A stretch of DNA of 53,543 nt, counting the filler, from Sluysia triapertura (Eukaryota): assembly GCA_046118255.1 (NCBI GenBank). It is 4 parts of 4 records of this genome, joined end to end, with 100 filler letters (N's around TTAATTAATTAA, not from the genome) between each part and the next. Parts side by side here need not be neighbours in the genome. Positions count along the whole stretch, not along the records: positions 1 to 14,901 come from JBJNIA010244875.1; 3 more parts are not named here. The stretch is one strand, 5' to 3'. The translations under genes were made by a program, and so were the position numbers. A model generated the notes under the pieces. The model was not told where the DNA came from. It saw only the letters and a program-made list of their open reading frames with translations, and did no database searches. Positions 1 through 11,513 of this stretch are shown here, piece after piece; the first letter of the stretch is position 1; the number at the start of each line of letters is the position of its first letter.

Positions 1-995
1 GGAACTCCATGCTTTACATTTGACTTCACATTATTCAATAAAACATATTGCCTTCTTTCTTTTAAATAAAAATTTTTAAGTGAATAATTTATAATAAGAT
101 ATAAAATAATTAAAATATAATAATTTATTAAAGAAACTACTTACATAAATCAAAGATATCTCGATCGAATAAATCAATCAATCCTCGTTCTGATAATACT
201 AAAATCGTAATATTACACTCCCTATTTGGCACTATCCAACTTTGGGATTGAAAGTAATCTTAACCTAATTACGTCGTACAGCAAGTAAATTAATAAACGA
301 TAAATTAGATATTGAGGTAATGATATACAAAGAATTATTTTCAAATTAAAAGGTTCATTTTTGAAAAAGTTAAATTTTATATTAGATTCAATTGATAAAT
401 AAATGATAAGTGAAACATTCTCTTGTGAAATCTAACGAAACTCTAAGCCTCTAAATTATGAAAATGTGTTTAACTAATATTAAGAATGAAATACATTACC
501 AATTGCCACATACGTTACAATCATAATCGTCTTATTTCCAACATAGTTAAGTTTTAACTTCATTTCATTTTCAAAACGGACTTCAAGCTCAACTTTTAAA
601 CATGCCAACTCATTGTAAAAATTCATCATATCATAAAGCACGAATTTAAAGTTTTCTTTTACTTTTCTTCAAGAATTAACTTGGCAAAATCTTCAATATC
701 TGTGTTTAGCACTAATCATACCATAACCGGTCATCAGATTTATAATAATGTAAATTTAATTGTTTGTATATAAAATTGGTAAAAACAGTACTATTTCATG
801 TGACGGTACGTGTTATTTTTCTTTTGGTGATAACGTACTCGATGATAACTTTAGTATGCCAGATGTCGCGATTAGTTTTGGAGTAGGACAATGATGCATT
901 CGAAGATACCTTTTGTAAAATTGGTATTTGACGATTTTATATTGCTAATCCTTATTCTTTATTATAGTGATCTAAAACCGTCAATTAAAACTTTG
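1..995 (-). pseudogene. Decayed intronless ORF remnant, orphan; possibly related to the cassette ORFs
   Basis: Minus-strand frames give protein-like stretches broken by stops and frameshifts: ISNIKSSNTNFTKGIFECIIVLLQN; VLNTDIEDFAKLILEEK; KENFKFVLYDMMNFYNELACLKVELEVRFENEMKLKLNYVGNKTIMIVTYVAIGNVF. Boundaries approximate. Confidence 0.4.
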
Positions 996-1009
996 TAGAA
1001 TCATTGCGC

Positions 1010-1050
<41 letters not shown>
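1010..1050. repeat. (ATT)n microsatellite
   Basis: Perfect tattattatt... run. Confidence 0.95.
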
Positions 1051-1051
<1 letters not shown>

Positions 1052-3029
1052 GTTGGTATAATGACATTATACAATTTACTACTATTATAACTTTATTGGC
1101 TTTTAGGAAATTGGATTGTATTTTATGGATCTGAAGTTAATTATCCACTAATCTTAGCCAAAGCCTTATTCACATAAATTAAGAAAATTGATAATTTTAT
1201 GTTTTTACCATGTTAGCTTTACACTTCACACTTATTAAATGATAAAATTAATTTAGAAAAAAAAATTAATTTTTTGCACAATATGATTTGCTTATTAATG
1301 TGAATAGATAATACGCGCAAATAATGAAATTTTAAAAATAATATTTTTATTTGAAAGTACTTACTAATGTAAGTACTTAAATATTGAATTTCATTTGTGA
1401 GTAACTAATATACATTCCAAGGCAAAATTCAACCACAATTAATTTTGGTTTGTACAGAAAACTAATTCATTCCACAAATCAATTCCGGACATCATCTTGA
1501 AAAAACATTTCGACTTCTAAAGATTTTATATTTTAATTAGTAAATATAGAATTATTATAAGGTGGTTCAATCACTGAACCTTACAATCTACTAAAATTAT
1601 TATTTAATTCATTGTTTGGCCTACTTACTGAAGGCTAAAATTCTCATAATTTCGATTTTAATCTTAAAATAATTCTTTTTTTGCTATTTCTATGTCTAAA
1701 ATCTTTTAGTTATTTTGTTTTTATTAAATATTAGTGTTATATTGTTTGAAAGAAAATTTATAACAAATTTTGAATGAGTCATATTAAGATTGTTGTCAGA
1801 ATAAACTCGATAATCTCAATTTGAAATAAATTTCACATTAAAACTGTTCACTTATAACTACGTCATAAACCGGACCCTACTAAAAAATTTTTTCCCATAA
1901 ATTTTTAATAATGAATAGCAGGTTAGGTTAGTATCAATCGAAGATATAAATATATACTTAATATCGCATAATTTGAAAAATATTGTATAAATAAGTGAAA
2001 CGTACATGATCGGATACGTACAATAATGTAACACATTCTTGTATAAATTATATAAGTCTGGTTGGTTGTCAGATTAAGTGAAATGTAACTAACCAATAAA
2101 ATTAACTGAATAACTGCCCACTTTATATTCTCTAAACCCAAATCGTTTTCAATTTACAAATGTCTAATCAAGAATTAAAATAATTGAACAGTAACAGTAG
2201 TATTCCTCAGAAAATGCTGTATTAGTTAAATTTGAATATGAATAGTAGTTACCAAATTGAATGTACAATATATAAAGAATACACAAAACAAAAAGATTAG
2301 TGATATTTTATATACCGTTTGTTTCAAAAATCTACAACTAGATAGTTGGAAAGTTATAAGATATTTAAAGAAATTTCTTCATTATTCATAAATATTAAGA
2401 ATGACAACATAAATTAATAGAAAATATTAGTGGGACATCAATAATTTTTGTATAATATTAAATAATTAATTAATGAAATGTTTTTATAAAAAAATTAAAT
2501 TTTAAATTTTGAAAAAAATAATTCATTAATATAATTTTAATTGAAATTATTTTTCAATATTTTGTAGTTAAAATAAACTTAAAGCAAATTTAATTATGTT
2601 TTAATAATTACTGTACTGATTATTGTAAATTATAAATATAATCATATGTTAAATATTTATTTGTTATTTTTATCAATTTTTTCTATTTTTATTACCATAG
2701 TTTTTCATATAAATTAAGTATTTAGTCATATAATTTCTGATCTTTTTAGAAATTAATTCGAATATTGTAATTGTAATGCTTATATTATTCATTAAATTGA
2801 TTTTGATATTCCTTTTAATTATTTGATTGATTTTAAGTTATTGAAACGTTATTATAATTATTCTAATTCTAATTATAATTATTATAAAAATAAAATCGTA
2901 AAAATTGAATATATTGGTGATTAATCCACTCCATAATTATTAATAAACTTAATATTAACATGGAGGAGATAAAGTCAGTGATACTTGCAATATTAGTTGA
3001 TGTTGTAGTCTACAATGGTGGCCAGATTA

Positions 3030-3270
3030 TTAGACTAAAGACCGGCCAGCTGTTTCACAGTTGCTATGATACAAACAGGGTGAAACTCTTCAAAAGGTGG
3101 CCTTCTTATCCAATACTCGTCACGCAACACACTTAACTCTAGTCATTCTCAGTTAAATGTTGGTATTGCTTAGCTCTGCCAACCTTTTTGCTTTCTTCTG
3201 GGTCGTCTCGCTCGCAAACCATTGTCTACATGTCTTTTTCTGCTTCTAACTGTTGCTGCAAAGTCACATA
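3030..3270 (-). mobile_element. Degenerate Tc1/mariner (Tc1-type) transposase fragment
   Basis: Minus strand with frameshifts reads TVRSRKRHVDNGLRARRPRRK / KRLA..AKQYQHLTEND*S*VC..DE / EEFHPVCIIATVKQ. This matches the Tc1 pattern GLxARRPxKK...RLxWAxxHxxWTxxxWxxVxFSDE...PxCxxPTVK. Confidence 0.8.
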
Positions 3271-3599
3271 GGTAGCTTAACGATTCTTCGTAGAAAGTTT
3301 CACAAAATATCTATAATTTCTAGCGATTTAGAACATAACTACTTTATATATTGCATTTTATATATTGTACATAATATATCGTATATTGTATATAATATTT
3401 CATATCTTAAACATTCAATAGTGAGCAAATATTAAGAAAATCAAATAAAATCATATTCTTCCTGTTTTAGTCTAATAATTTTGTCACTACTGTAAGTAAT
3501 AATAATAATAATAATAATAATCATCATCATCAAACATACTAAAAATAATTATGAAAGTAATAAATTTTTAGTACTAGTCATTGTTGTGAGATGCCAGAG

Positions 3600-3905
3600 A
3601 ATCAGTATTGCCTAGTGGGAATAGATATTGTTGGAATAAGAATGATGCAGATGAAAACCTTATTAATTTATAAGAATCTCTTTGACATTTTAAAATAATT
3701 TGAGAAATAAAATCATTGTTATTAATATTGGAAATAAATTTGAAAAATTGATAATTAACATAAGGAAGTAGAAAAGGGAATCAGATTGGTGAAGGTGAAA
3801 GCATCTAGAGCCCCTGAAATCTTTAAACATAAAGAGAGACTAAGATTAACTAATTAAAATCTTAATTAAATCTTAATTTTGTTTTTGTGAATAATGTTTG
3901 AATGA
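3600..3905 (+). repeat. Dispersed repeat family R1, copy 1
   Basis: gaaggtgaaagcat and ataaatttg..ataattaacataaggaagtaga match the reverse complement of 14530-14650 and 40500-40610. gattaactaattaaaatcttaatt..gtttttgtgaataatgtttgaat matches 14178-14245. Confidence 0.75.
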
Positions 3906-3989
3906 GGATTGTTCTGTCAGAGTTGTAATTGTGTGTGTGTGTGTGTTTTAAAAAAACTCGCATTAGAAAAACTTCATATTGTTTTAATG

Positions 3990-4990
3990 AATGTAGATAA
4001 AAATAGAAATTTAGTTAATCATTTAATGTAACTGAAAAGCGTTATAAAAATGGACCGAAATGCTCGGTTTATTATTATTTATCATAAGCTGAAACTAATA
4101 AATTTAATGTACTTTTCTAAAGTGATGTAACTGAAGACTTTTACCAAGAACAAATTTCTGTGAACTGTGTGCAAAAATTGTCCATATATGACAAATAATA
4201 AATATATTTGAGGGAGAAAATCTAGAAGTATTAATTCCTTATTATAAACGCTCAGTTCGTTCGAAAAGCTTTTTCAATACCTTTTCAAATATGTGTAACC
4301 TTAAAATTAACAAGTTTCTACGATGGAAATGGAATTTCGTTTAATGAATTTTACAACTTGATGTTAGATTGTCTTTGTTGATAAATGTCATGTTCTTGAA
4401 GTTTTCTGAATTTTGGTTATATTTACAATGTTCTAGAAATTTGTATTCAATCAAATATGAATGTAGCTTATATGATATTTTCTAAGATAGATGGTTTCAT
4501 TCCTTTTGTAAAAGCAATTAAAACTGGATTTTACGTTAAAGGTTTGAATTTCTTTCAACTTTTATTAATAAATTTATCATAATTTATTATAATGAAGTTT
4601 TCACAAAGAATTTAAACATGAATATTCGATAATCTGAAAAAAATGTGTGAGTTTAGTGAATTAAATTGTAATTTAAAATGATTAAGATTGGATATTTTGT
4701 TATATATTTTATGAGTTGTGATTGTGTGATGTAAAAGCAATAAATCGTGCTACTAGTTCTTTTCGAGGTAGTGTTTTAAATTGATAATGAGTTGTTTAAC
4801 AAATGCAGTTTAAGATAAATGTATTTGTAATTAGTAAACATGATATTGATTATTTAAAATGTATGAAAAGAAGAGATAGATGTAAACTGAAGAGTTGCAG
4901 TATCAATGCAGGGATGTTTAGTTTTATATAATAGTTTTTGTGAGAAGTGGATTTGAAAAATTTTCACTTTCGTGAAAAATGAAATTGTGT
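3990..4990 (+). pseudogene. Decayed member of the G/T-skewed 'VVxCxC' orphan ORF family (solitary arm)
   Basis: Open stretch SFLNFGYIYNVLEICIQSNMNVAYMIFSKIDGFIPFVKAIKTGFYVKGLNFFQLLLINLS. YFMSCDCVM at ~4705-4735 aligns to YVVSCNCDL of 17384-17578. It is preceded by aaaaactcgcatta, resembling the module motif aaaaacgcataa. Confidence 0.5.
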
Positions 4991-5666
4991 CTTATGTAAT
5001 GAACCACACAAAATAGTAATATCGAATACTCCTTTGATATTATTTCTAGAATGAAATGTCAACTTAATTTAGTTTATAAAAGATCTAAAATTTTCCTATG
5101 ATACTATTTTTGTACAATGCAAATTTGATTATGCTTGTTTATAATTATTTTTTAGATTTTTTATTTAAGTAGGAGTTAACAGAGATGTTTCAACGAATTA
5201 TTATTTATTTATTATTATTAATCGAAAAAATATTAATAAAATACTATTTTTGACTAGACATATACAGTATCAATGCGATTGTTAATAATAATTTTGCTCT
5301 ATTTTAAATTTACAATGTAAATATACACAACGCGTTGCATTAAGTAGATCAATTTAAAATTTTAATAAGAAATTAGTAACTTATACTGACAACACACGTT
5401 TGTATTAATAAATAAAATTATTTAAATTGCACATATACTAAATTTAAATTATAGTAAATTATTATAAATTTAAAATAACTAAAAATATACCTTAAATATC
5501 TTAATAATTGTAAAAGATTAAGTATTGTAGTAATTATTGTAATAATATGTCAATATTAATAATAATAATTTAATCAAAATGTAAATGAAATTAAATAAAA
5601 ATGGAATATATTAAACATAAATTAGTAAGTTATGAATCAGAAACATTACTGGCATAATAAAATATA

Positions 5667-6305
5667 TGTTCGGTTGCCATCACAACCCTGCAAAATAATT
5701 TCAAATGTCATAATGACACCTTAAAATTATTTAAAACTATTTAAAATTATCAAAAAATTAAATAAAATCATAAAAAATGTTTCAAGACCATTTATTAATC
5801 TTTAAAATTACTTTAAAAAGAAAATAAAAATTCTAAAAAAGAAAGTTGGCTTCTAAAAATAGTATAGAAGCTTCTAGAATGTTGTAGAATATTCTAGAAC
5901 ATTCCATCGATTTTCAATGGATGATGCCTATCATATATATAAACTAGCCATTTGTAATAACATTAATTTTCAAAAACAAATTCATTTGCACAGCGCCACT
6001 TTGGTAAAATCGTTGGTAAACAAGTATTGGAAAATTATTCGTCAATTTCGATTAGGAAAATCTATTGGAAATTTTTGTAAACAGTTCACATTTAACATCC
6101 ATGCATAAAGTAATTTGTTTTTCTTAAGATTTGATATTAACTTTTTGGTATTAATATTATTGATATATACTTTATATTTGTATGTTTATTTACAAAAAGT
6201 CCTATTTTTAATAAAATCGTAATTAAGACTTGCTTTATTATGTTCTTTACATTGTTATTAAATATTATCTTTACATTTAAAATTTCCTTCTTAGTTGTAT
6301 TAACA
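5667..6305 (+). mobile_element. LTR-like dispersed repeat family R2, copy 1 (possible solo LTR)
   Basis: Begins TGTT(cggttgccatcacaacc) and ends (gtatt)AACA; contains TTCTAGAA-type arrays and a TATA-like tatataaa. Homologous to 11100-11377 (-) and 16680-16840 (+). No clean TSD. Confidence 0.55.
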
Positions 6306-6364
6306 ATAAAAGATACTCCAAAAAAATTATTTATTATTACAATGAAGAATTAAAACTTTTATAT

Positions 6365-7548
6365 CTAGATGCCTACTTCTGCATGACCCCTCAGACCTAT
6401 TATTGTTTCACTACCTGAAAAAAATTTAATAAAATCATCATCATTATAAAAAATTGAATTAAATTTTACCTTATTAGAATATACATTATGATTGTTACTT
6501 ATAAATTTAGGAGTTGCCAAATTGATGCTTTTAACTAATTTCATGATTTGTCCATTGTTCATGCCGTGTAAATATTTACATTTATTTCCATATTTTGAGC
6601 AAACTTCTAAATCAGTTGAAGAAAATGGGCAGAAGCAATGTCACTAATTTCAGGATTCATTTTTATCTTATCATTCTTGTAAAAAGGATTGACATTATAA
6701 TCTTTTTCATACATATGTAATTATGTTCATTGCTAATGACATTGAACCGTTGGATCATCATTAAGTTTTAACTTCTTTGTTCATATTACCTTGATCACAG
6801 TTAATGTTTTTCTGATGATCAAGAATCCAACTAATGTAAATTTTATAACATTTATAAAAATTATCACATTTAATTTCTTTATAAACTTTTAAAATCATAT
6901 CATTACATGGTGATTTCACAACAAAGTTTTATTTAGAACATGTTTCGGAAATGTACTAATACTGTTTGAGTACTTATTGCCTTCAACATTACAGTGCACT
7001 TTATTGTAACAGTTAAATTAACGGTTAACACAGTTACTATTTCTCAAGATTAGACATCCATAGTTATCTGAGTTACTTTGTCTTTCATTGACGATGATTG
7101 TGATCATCCTTTTATTACACTCATGAGTAGATGATTTCATAATACGTGATAAATAATTGATATTGAAAACAGGTACATCTACAACATATATTAATACAAT
7201 GATGTCATTATATTTTACACTATTTTGTGACATCAATTCAAATACGCAACTACTACATTTACTTCTGTCGAGATTACCCGAAATTTTTTGTTCGGTGTGA
7301 GATGAAATTTTATTACTAAAATAATCTTTATCAACCATTAATGATATTTCTTTAAACATTATCATTAATATTTTGTCTGTTACTAATTTTCGTCTTACAT
7401 ATCTTGATAATTCAGCATATCTATAAACCGTTAATGACGATAATATACAAGTTGTAATTTGACATATATTACTATTTTCATAAACATTCAAACCAAAAAC
7501 ATCATCGTCAGCTAAACTCGTAACACCAATTTCGATAATTTTAATCAT
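6365..7548 (-). pseudogene. Unit 1 main-arm orphan gene, intronless, interrupted; C-terminal CCCH-like motif
   Basis: The 176-aa ORF 7548-7018 continues in frame past TAA (FNCYNKVHCNVEGNKYSNSISTFPKH), then via frameshift (NFVVKSPCNDMILKVYKEIKCDNFYKCYKIYISW). 6640-6365 reads HCFCPFSSTDLEVCSKYGNKCKYLHGMNNG... Confidence 0.65.
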
Positions 7549-7764
7549 AAAGTATAATAATTGATTTACCGTGAATTTGTTTAACTATTTTTTTAACAAA
7601 GTGATATAAAATTTTTATTTTTATTACGAAGTATAATTAAGAATTAATTTTTATCGCCTTTTTAATTCTTTTTTAATTGAGCCAAATTTATTAAACTTTT
7701 ATTTGTTATTGACCATTAAACATTTATTTTTATTAATGACTAATCTTGCATACCTTTAAACTTG

Positions 7765-8180
7765 ATTGGTTGTCCAGCCAAATCACTTAATAAGAATCAG
7801 TATAATGAGTGACTTGTTTGGACAACCAATTCGCTTAGTTGGTTAATTTTTAATTGAATAAATCACAACAACTTGATGATGATGTCAACTGTGATGAGTA
7901 CCATCATCGTCAGTGACAAAATTACAATTGCAAAGTAAAGTGTCACTGTTGATTATGGCGGTAACACAGACGATTGTATTAGCTCAATTTGAATCAATTT
8001 TTATTAAGCAATGATAATGATTAAATGATAATAATAATAATAACAATAATGCTATTATTATTATTATTTTGAAATTTGAAATTTAAAAACGCATAAATTC
8101 TTGTTCTATCTTTATCTTACACGAACTTTCTTTAAATTTGCTGCTTTTCTAAACATATTAAATCTGATGAAATGAAAATT
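7765..8180. promoter_or_regulatory. Conserved hairpin module, copy 1 (hairpin B 7765-7830, hairpin A 7901-7958)
   Basis: Arms ATTGGTTGTCCA/TGGACAACCAAT and CCATCATCGTCAGTGACA/TGTCACTGTTGATTATGG. These are followed by the GGCGGTAAC motif, an (AAT)n spacer and the block cgcataa...ctttctt...ttctaaacatat...aaatgaaa shared with copies 2 and 3. Function not known. Confidence 0.8.
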
Positions 8181-9050
8181 TATTCAAAAATTGTTTCGAA
8201 AATATTATTAAGAAAAGAACATATTTGTTATTAGGTTCAAAGTATAGTTATAAAGCCCATGTCATTAAGTCAGTACTTACGTATGTGAATGTTAGAATGT
8301 TTTGTGTAGCTGATAGAACCTAACCAATATTCCTGAATTAATAATATCTCTGCTGAAAGTGTAAAAGTTCCAAGGTGTAAAATGCTGCGCAATGCGTTTT
8401 AATGTACTTTTCTTTTATTTCTGCAATTAAGGTGAATTAATTTTAGTTGTTAGATGAATTAATGTTTATAGAGCTTTTTAGGTGTTTATTGCTGTTTTTA
8501 AGTGAAAGTGAAAGAGGACGTTGTGGGAATATTAAATGTTTGAGATAGTTGATTTTGATTTTATGTAATTGTTTCTGATATTCTGGCTGAATAATATTAT
8601 TGTCTAAAGTGTTATTAATGTATGGATAGTTTTGAAATGAAAGCCTAGAATAAGATAGACGTTAGAATGAGTAATGGTGGTGTTTGGTTGTGAATGTTGA
8701 TGTTATTAGGTTTTTTGGGATGGAAAAATGTAAAATAAATATTTTGAATTATATTTTAATGTGTTTTGATGGTTTGGAGTATTATTGTAATTTGGATGTT
8801 GTGAGGTGTTGTGTAAGTGTTCTTGATGGATTTCTAGCTATGAGTTGATGGTATTTTATTATGAATTGTAGATTTGCAGTGTATTAAGAAATAAATTTTT
8901 GCTTTGTGAATTTATGAGGTTTTAATTATATATATATATTTCGGAATTTTCTCCGAATAAAATGATTTTAGTAAGGATTTTAACTCAGGCGAATGATTGA
9001 GTGAATTATTAAAGATAGTTTGAGTGTATTTTAACGCAAAATATTAATGC
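8173..9050 (+). pseudogene. Unit 1 partner arm: decayed 'VVxCxC' family ORF
   Basis: DVIRFFGMEKCKINILNYIL and VLMVWSYYCNLDVVRCCVSVLDG (8763-8830) align to RRCEVGTF...LLMLWNSIKCTCGLYVVSC. Strong G/T skew; many stops. Boundaries approximate. Confidence 0.55.
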
Positions 9051-11099
9051 GATAAACTTAGACAGAACTAGTTTACTTATTTAGTATGGATTCTTGAATA
9101 GAAATTGTAAAATCCCAAATGATAAAAATGTCCTAAGTACAGTTTCTCCAACAAGATTCTTCAGTAATAACAAGATTTTTCTAACTATCTCCACGAGAAA
9201 AGGAATGTTCTAAGTAACAATAATGTCTCCAACGAATTAGGTTCAAAATAATACTTTCACGACAAATTTGAGCACAATACATATAAACAACTTTCGTGTT
9301 TATTGTGTGTGTTTTAAACTAATTCTGTCTTTTATATATTTAATTAGAACTTTGATTTTTGCCGACAAAATAAAAATTTTCAAAAGTGTTAATTACGAAA
9401 AAAATATTATTTGATAATAATTATTTTATATTTTTGATAAAAGATAAAACTTTTAAAAGATAAAATTAATTTATTAATTAACTTTTTCTAATATTGCATT
9501 AAGATTTAATTAAAATTTTTTTAAATTTCAATTATTAAAAATTATAATAAAAAATTCCTAAAATATTTAAATGTTTTGAAAAATATTTACTTAAAATTTA
9601 CAAATATTCATTTTGCTGTGGTTTTTATATCTTAACCTTACTCAAGCAGCAAAATTCAATAAAAAGATTCGCCTATAATACACGACTTACGAATCGCGTG
9701 GCTGTAGATACGTAAAATAATAAAGTGAAAGTCTTCAAATAAAATTTGTGAAATAAGTGGATTGTTACTTAGTGACTGCAATAATATTATTTTATCAAGT
9801 TTCTTTATTATCGGTATGTTTGAAATCTTTAGAAATCTAATGTGCTTTATTATAAACTTATCTAATGTTAAACGTTGTCTTTATTAGAAAATTATTTACT
9901 TAAATAATCAATACTCTAGACTTTTACTTTAAATATTAACTTATCTAAATATTCAATTATCCAAAATTAAATAATGAACACTTCAATATTTATTATCTAC
10001 AATATTTATGACGACAATATTAACGTAAAACTAAATATTTAATTAACAACAAAATATCTAGAAATCCAATTAATTTAATAATATAATCAAAATAAAGTAT
10101 ACAATAATAATATACAATAATAAAGTTTGTCTTTTAAAAAGACCTAGTCTATTAGAGGCTCGGCCAGAAATTTTAATTAGTATTAAAATGCTTTTATCAT
10201 TGGCCTTAAGGGCCAACAGAAATAAGATATTTTGCGTAAGATTTTATGATTCTATTCGAGTTCAATCTATAAAAATTAGACTTTTTTTATAATTTTTAAG
10301 CATAATTTGTTGGCCAAAATCAATAAAATTCCGCTGCTGTATCTCGACATTAGCTTGTTGAAACTGTCGTTGAGTGTTAAGAAAAAAGTTCACAATTGAA
10401 TCCTCAGAGAAACATAAATTGAATAAGCATTTTAATCACAAAATCTTATAGGTATCTCGTTGACGTTCACTTCTTAAGTTAGTTTTTAAATAAAACAGTT
10501 TGCAATTATAACATTATTTGACGGATGTACATTTCTGAGTATGAATGCAAATGGGGTTATTTGGCGAAATATCACTAATTTTCTTTAATTCACCAAGATT
10601 TAATGTGTTGGGTTGTCATCAGTCCCTCTCAGATCATGAAATTTCTTAACGCAAATAATTTAAAATCGTTAATTTCCATAAAAGAAAATTATTTTCTAAA
10701 AATGAAGTCGAAATTTCTAGAACATTCTAGAATTTTAGATAAATTTCATTAATTTTGATTGCCTGATTACATTTAAAATATTAAAATATTACAAATTACA
10801 TTAGATTTACTACACTTATTTTTTAATATTTACAACTAAAATTCTATTGAATCTTTAATTATATTGATTAATTTTAAATATAGAAAATTCCCCTCACTAT
10901 AAAGGGGCAAAAAAGTAATTTAACAAAAGATTTTAATTTTAAGATGTTATAATTTTTATCTCCTCTGGGAAGATAAAAATTCCTTATAAAAAATAATTTC
11001 CCGCATTCATGGAAGGAAATCGATGTAGAGAATATCCAAATATCCAATATTGACTGTCGACAATATCCAAATACCAAAATGGACTGGTTAAAATCGTAA

Positions 11100-11377
11100 C
11101 AAAGTAAATAGCAAAAAACAAAGATTGCAAAAATGTTGTGATTAAAAATAACGTGTGTTGAAAATTAAACTGATGCTAGTTTATGTGCTAGTCATCAGCC
11201 AATAGAAATTGATGGAATGTTCTTGAAGCTTCTATTCTATTTTTAAAAGCTTATTTTCTTTTTTGGAAAATAATTGTTTTTAGTTATTTAGAATCTTTAA
11301 AATATTTCTTAAATGATTTTAAAATTTTTAGTGATATAAAAATTTTAGTGATATTTGGTTGCGATGGCAGCCAAACA
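11100..11377 (-). repeat. Repeat family R2, copy 2
   Basis: Reverse complement tgtttggctgccatcgcaacc...aaaaatagaatagaagcttc..acattccatc..ataaactagc matches 5667-5950. Confidence 0.7.
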
Positions 11378-11513
11378 AATTTAAATTTGCAAGCATAAGA
11401 ACCTGTAACTAGTATAGGAAAAAATCAAGACTAAATTGATATATACTAAATCGAAAGTTTCACAATAAAAACGATTAAATTAGTTACATGAACGTCATAA
11501 GTCTTTAGTGATG

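Noticed and set aside
2058-2100. ttggttgtc...aaccaat as an extra hairpin B
   Set aside because: Stem too short and no hairpin A or conserved block nearby.
7808-7830. Hairpin B arm UGGUUGUCCAAAC resembles miR-219 (UGAUUGUCCAAAC)
   Set aside because: The seed differs in every copy (GGUUGUC, GAUUAUC) and the 3' half does not match; a conserved miRNA would not vary this much.
9680-9710. Helitron-like 3' hairpin
   Set aside because: Imperfect stem, no CTRR terminus at the expected distance, and no second copy.
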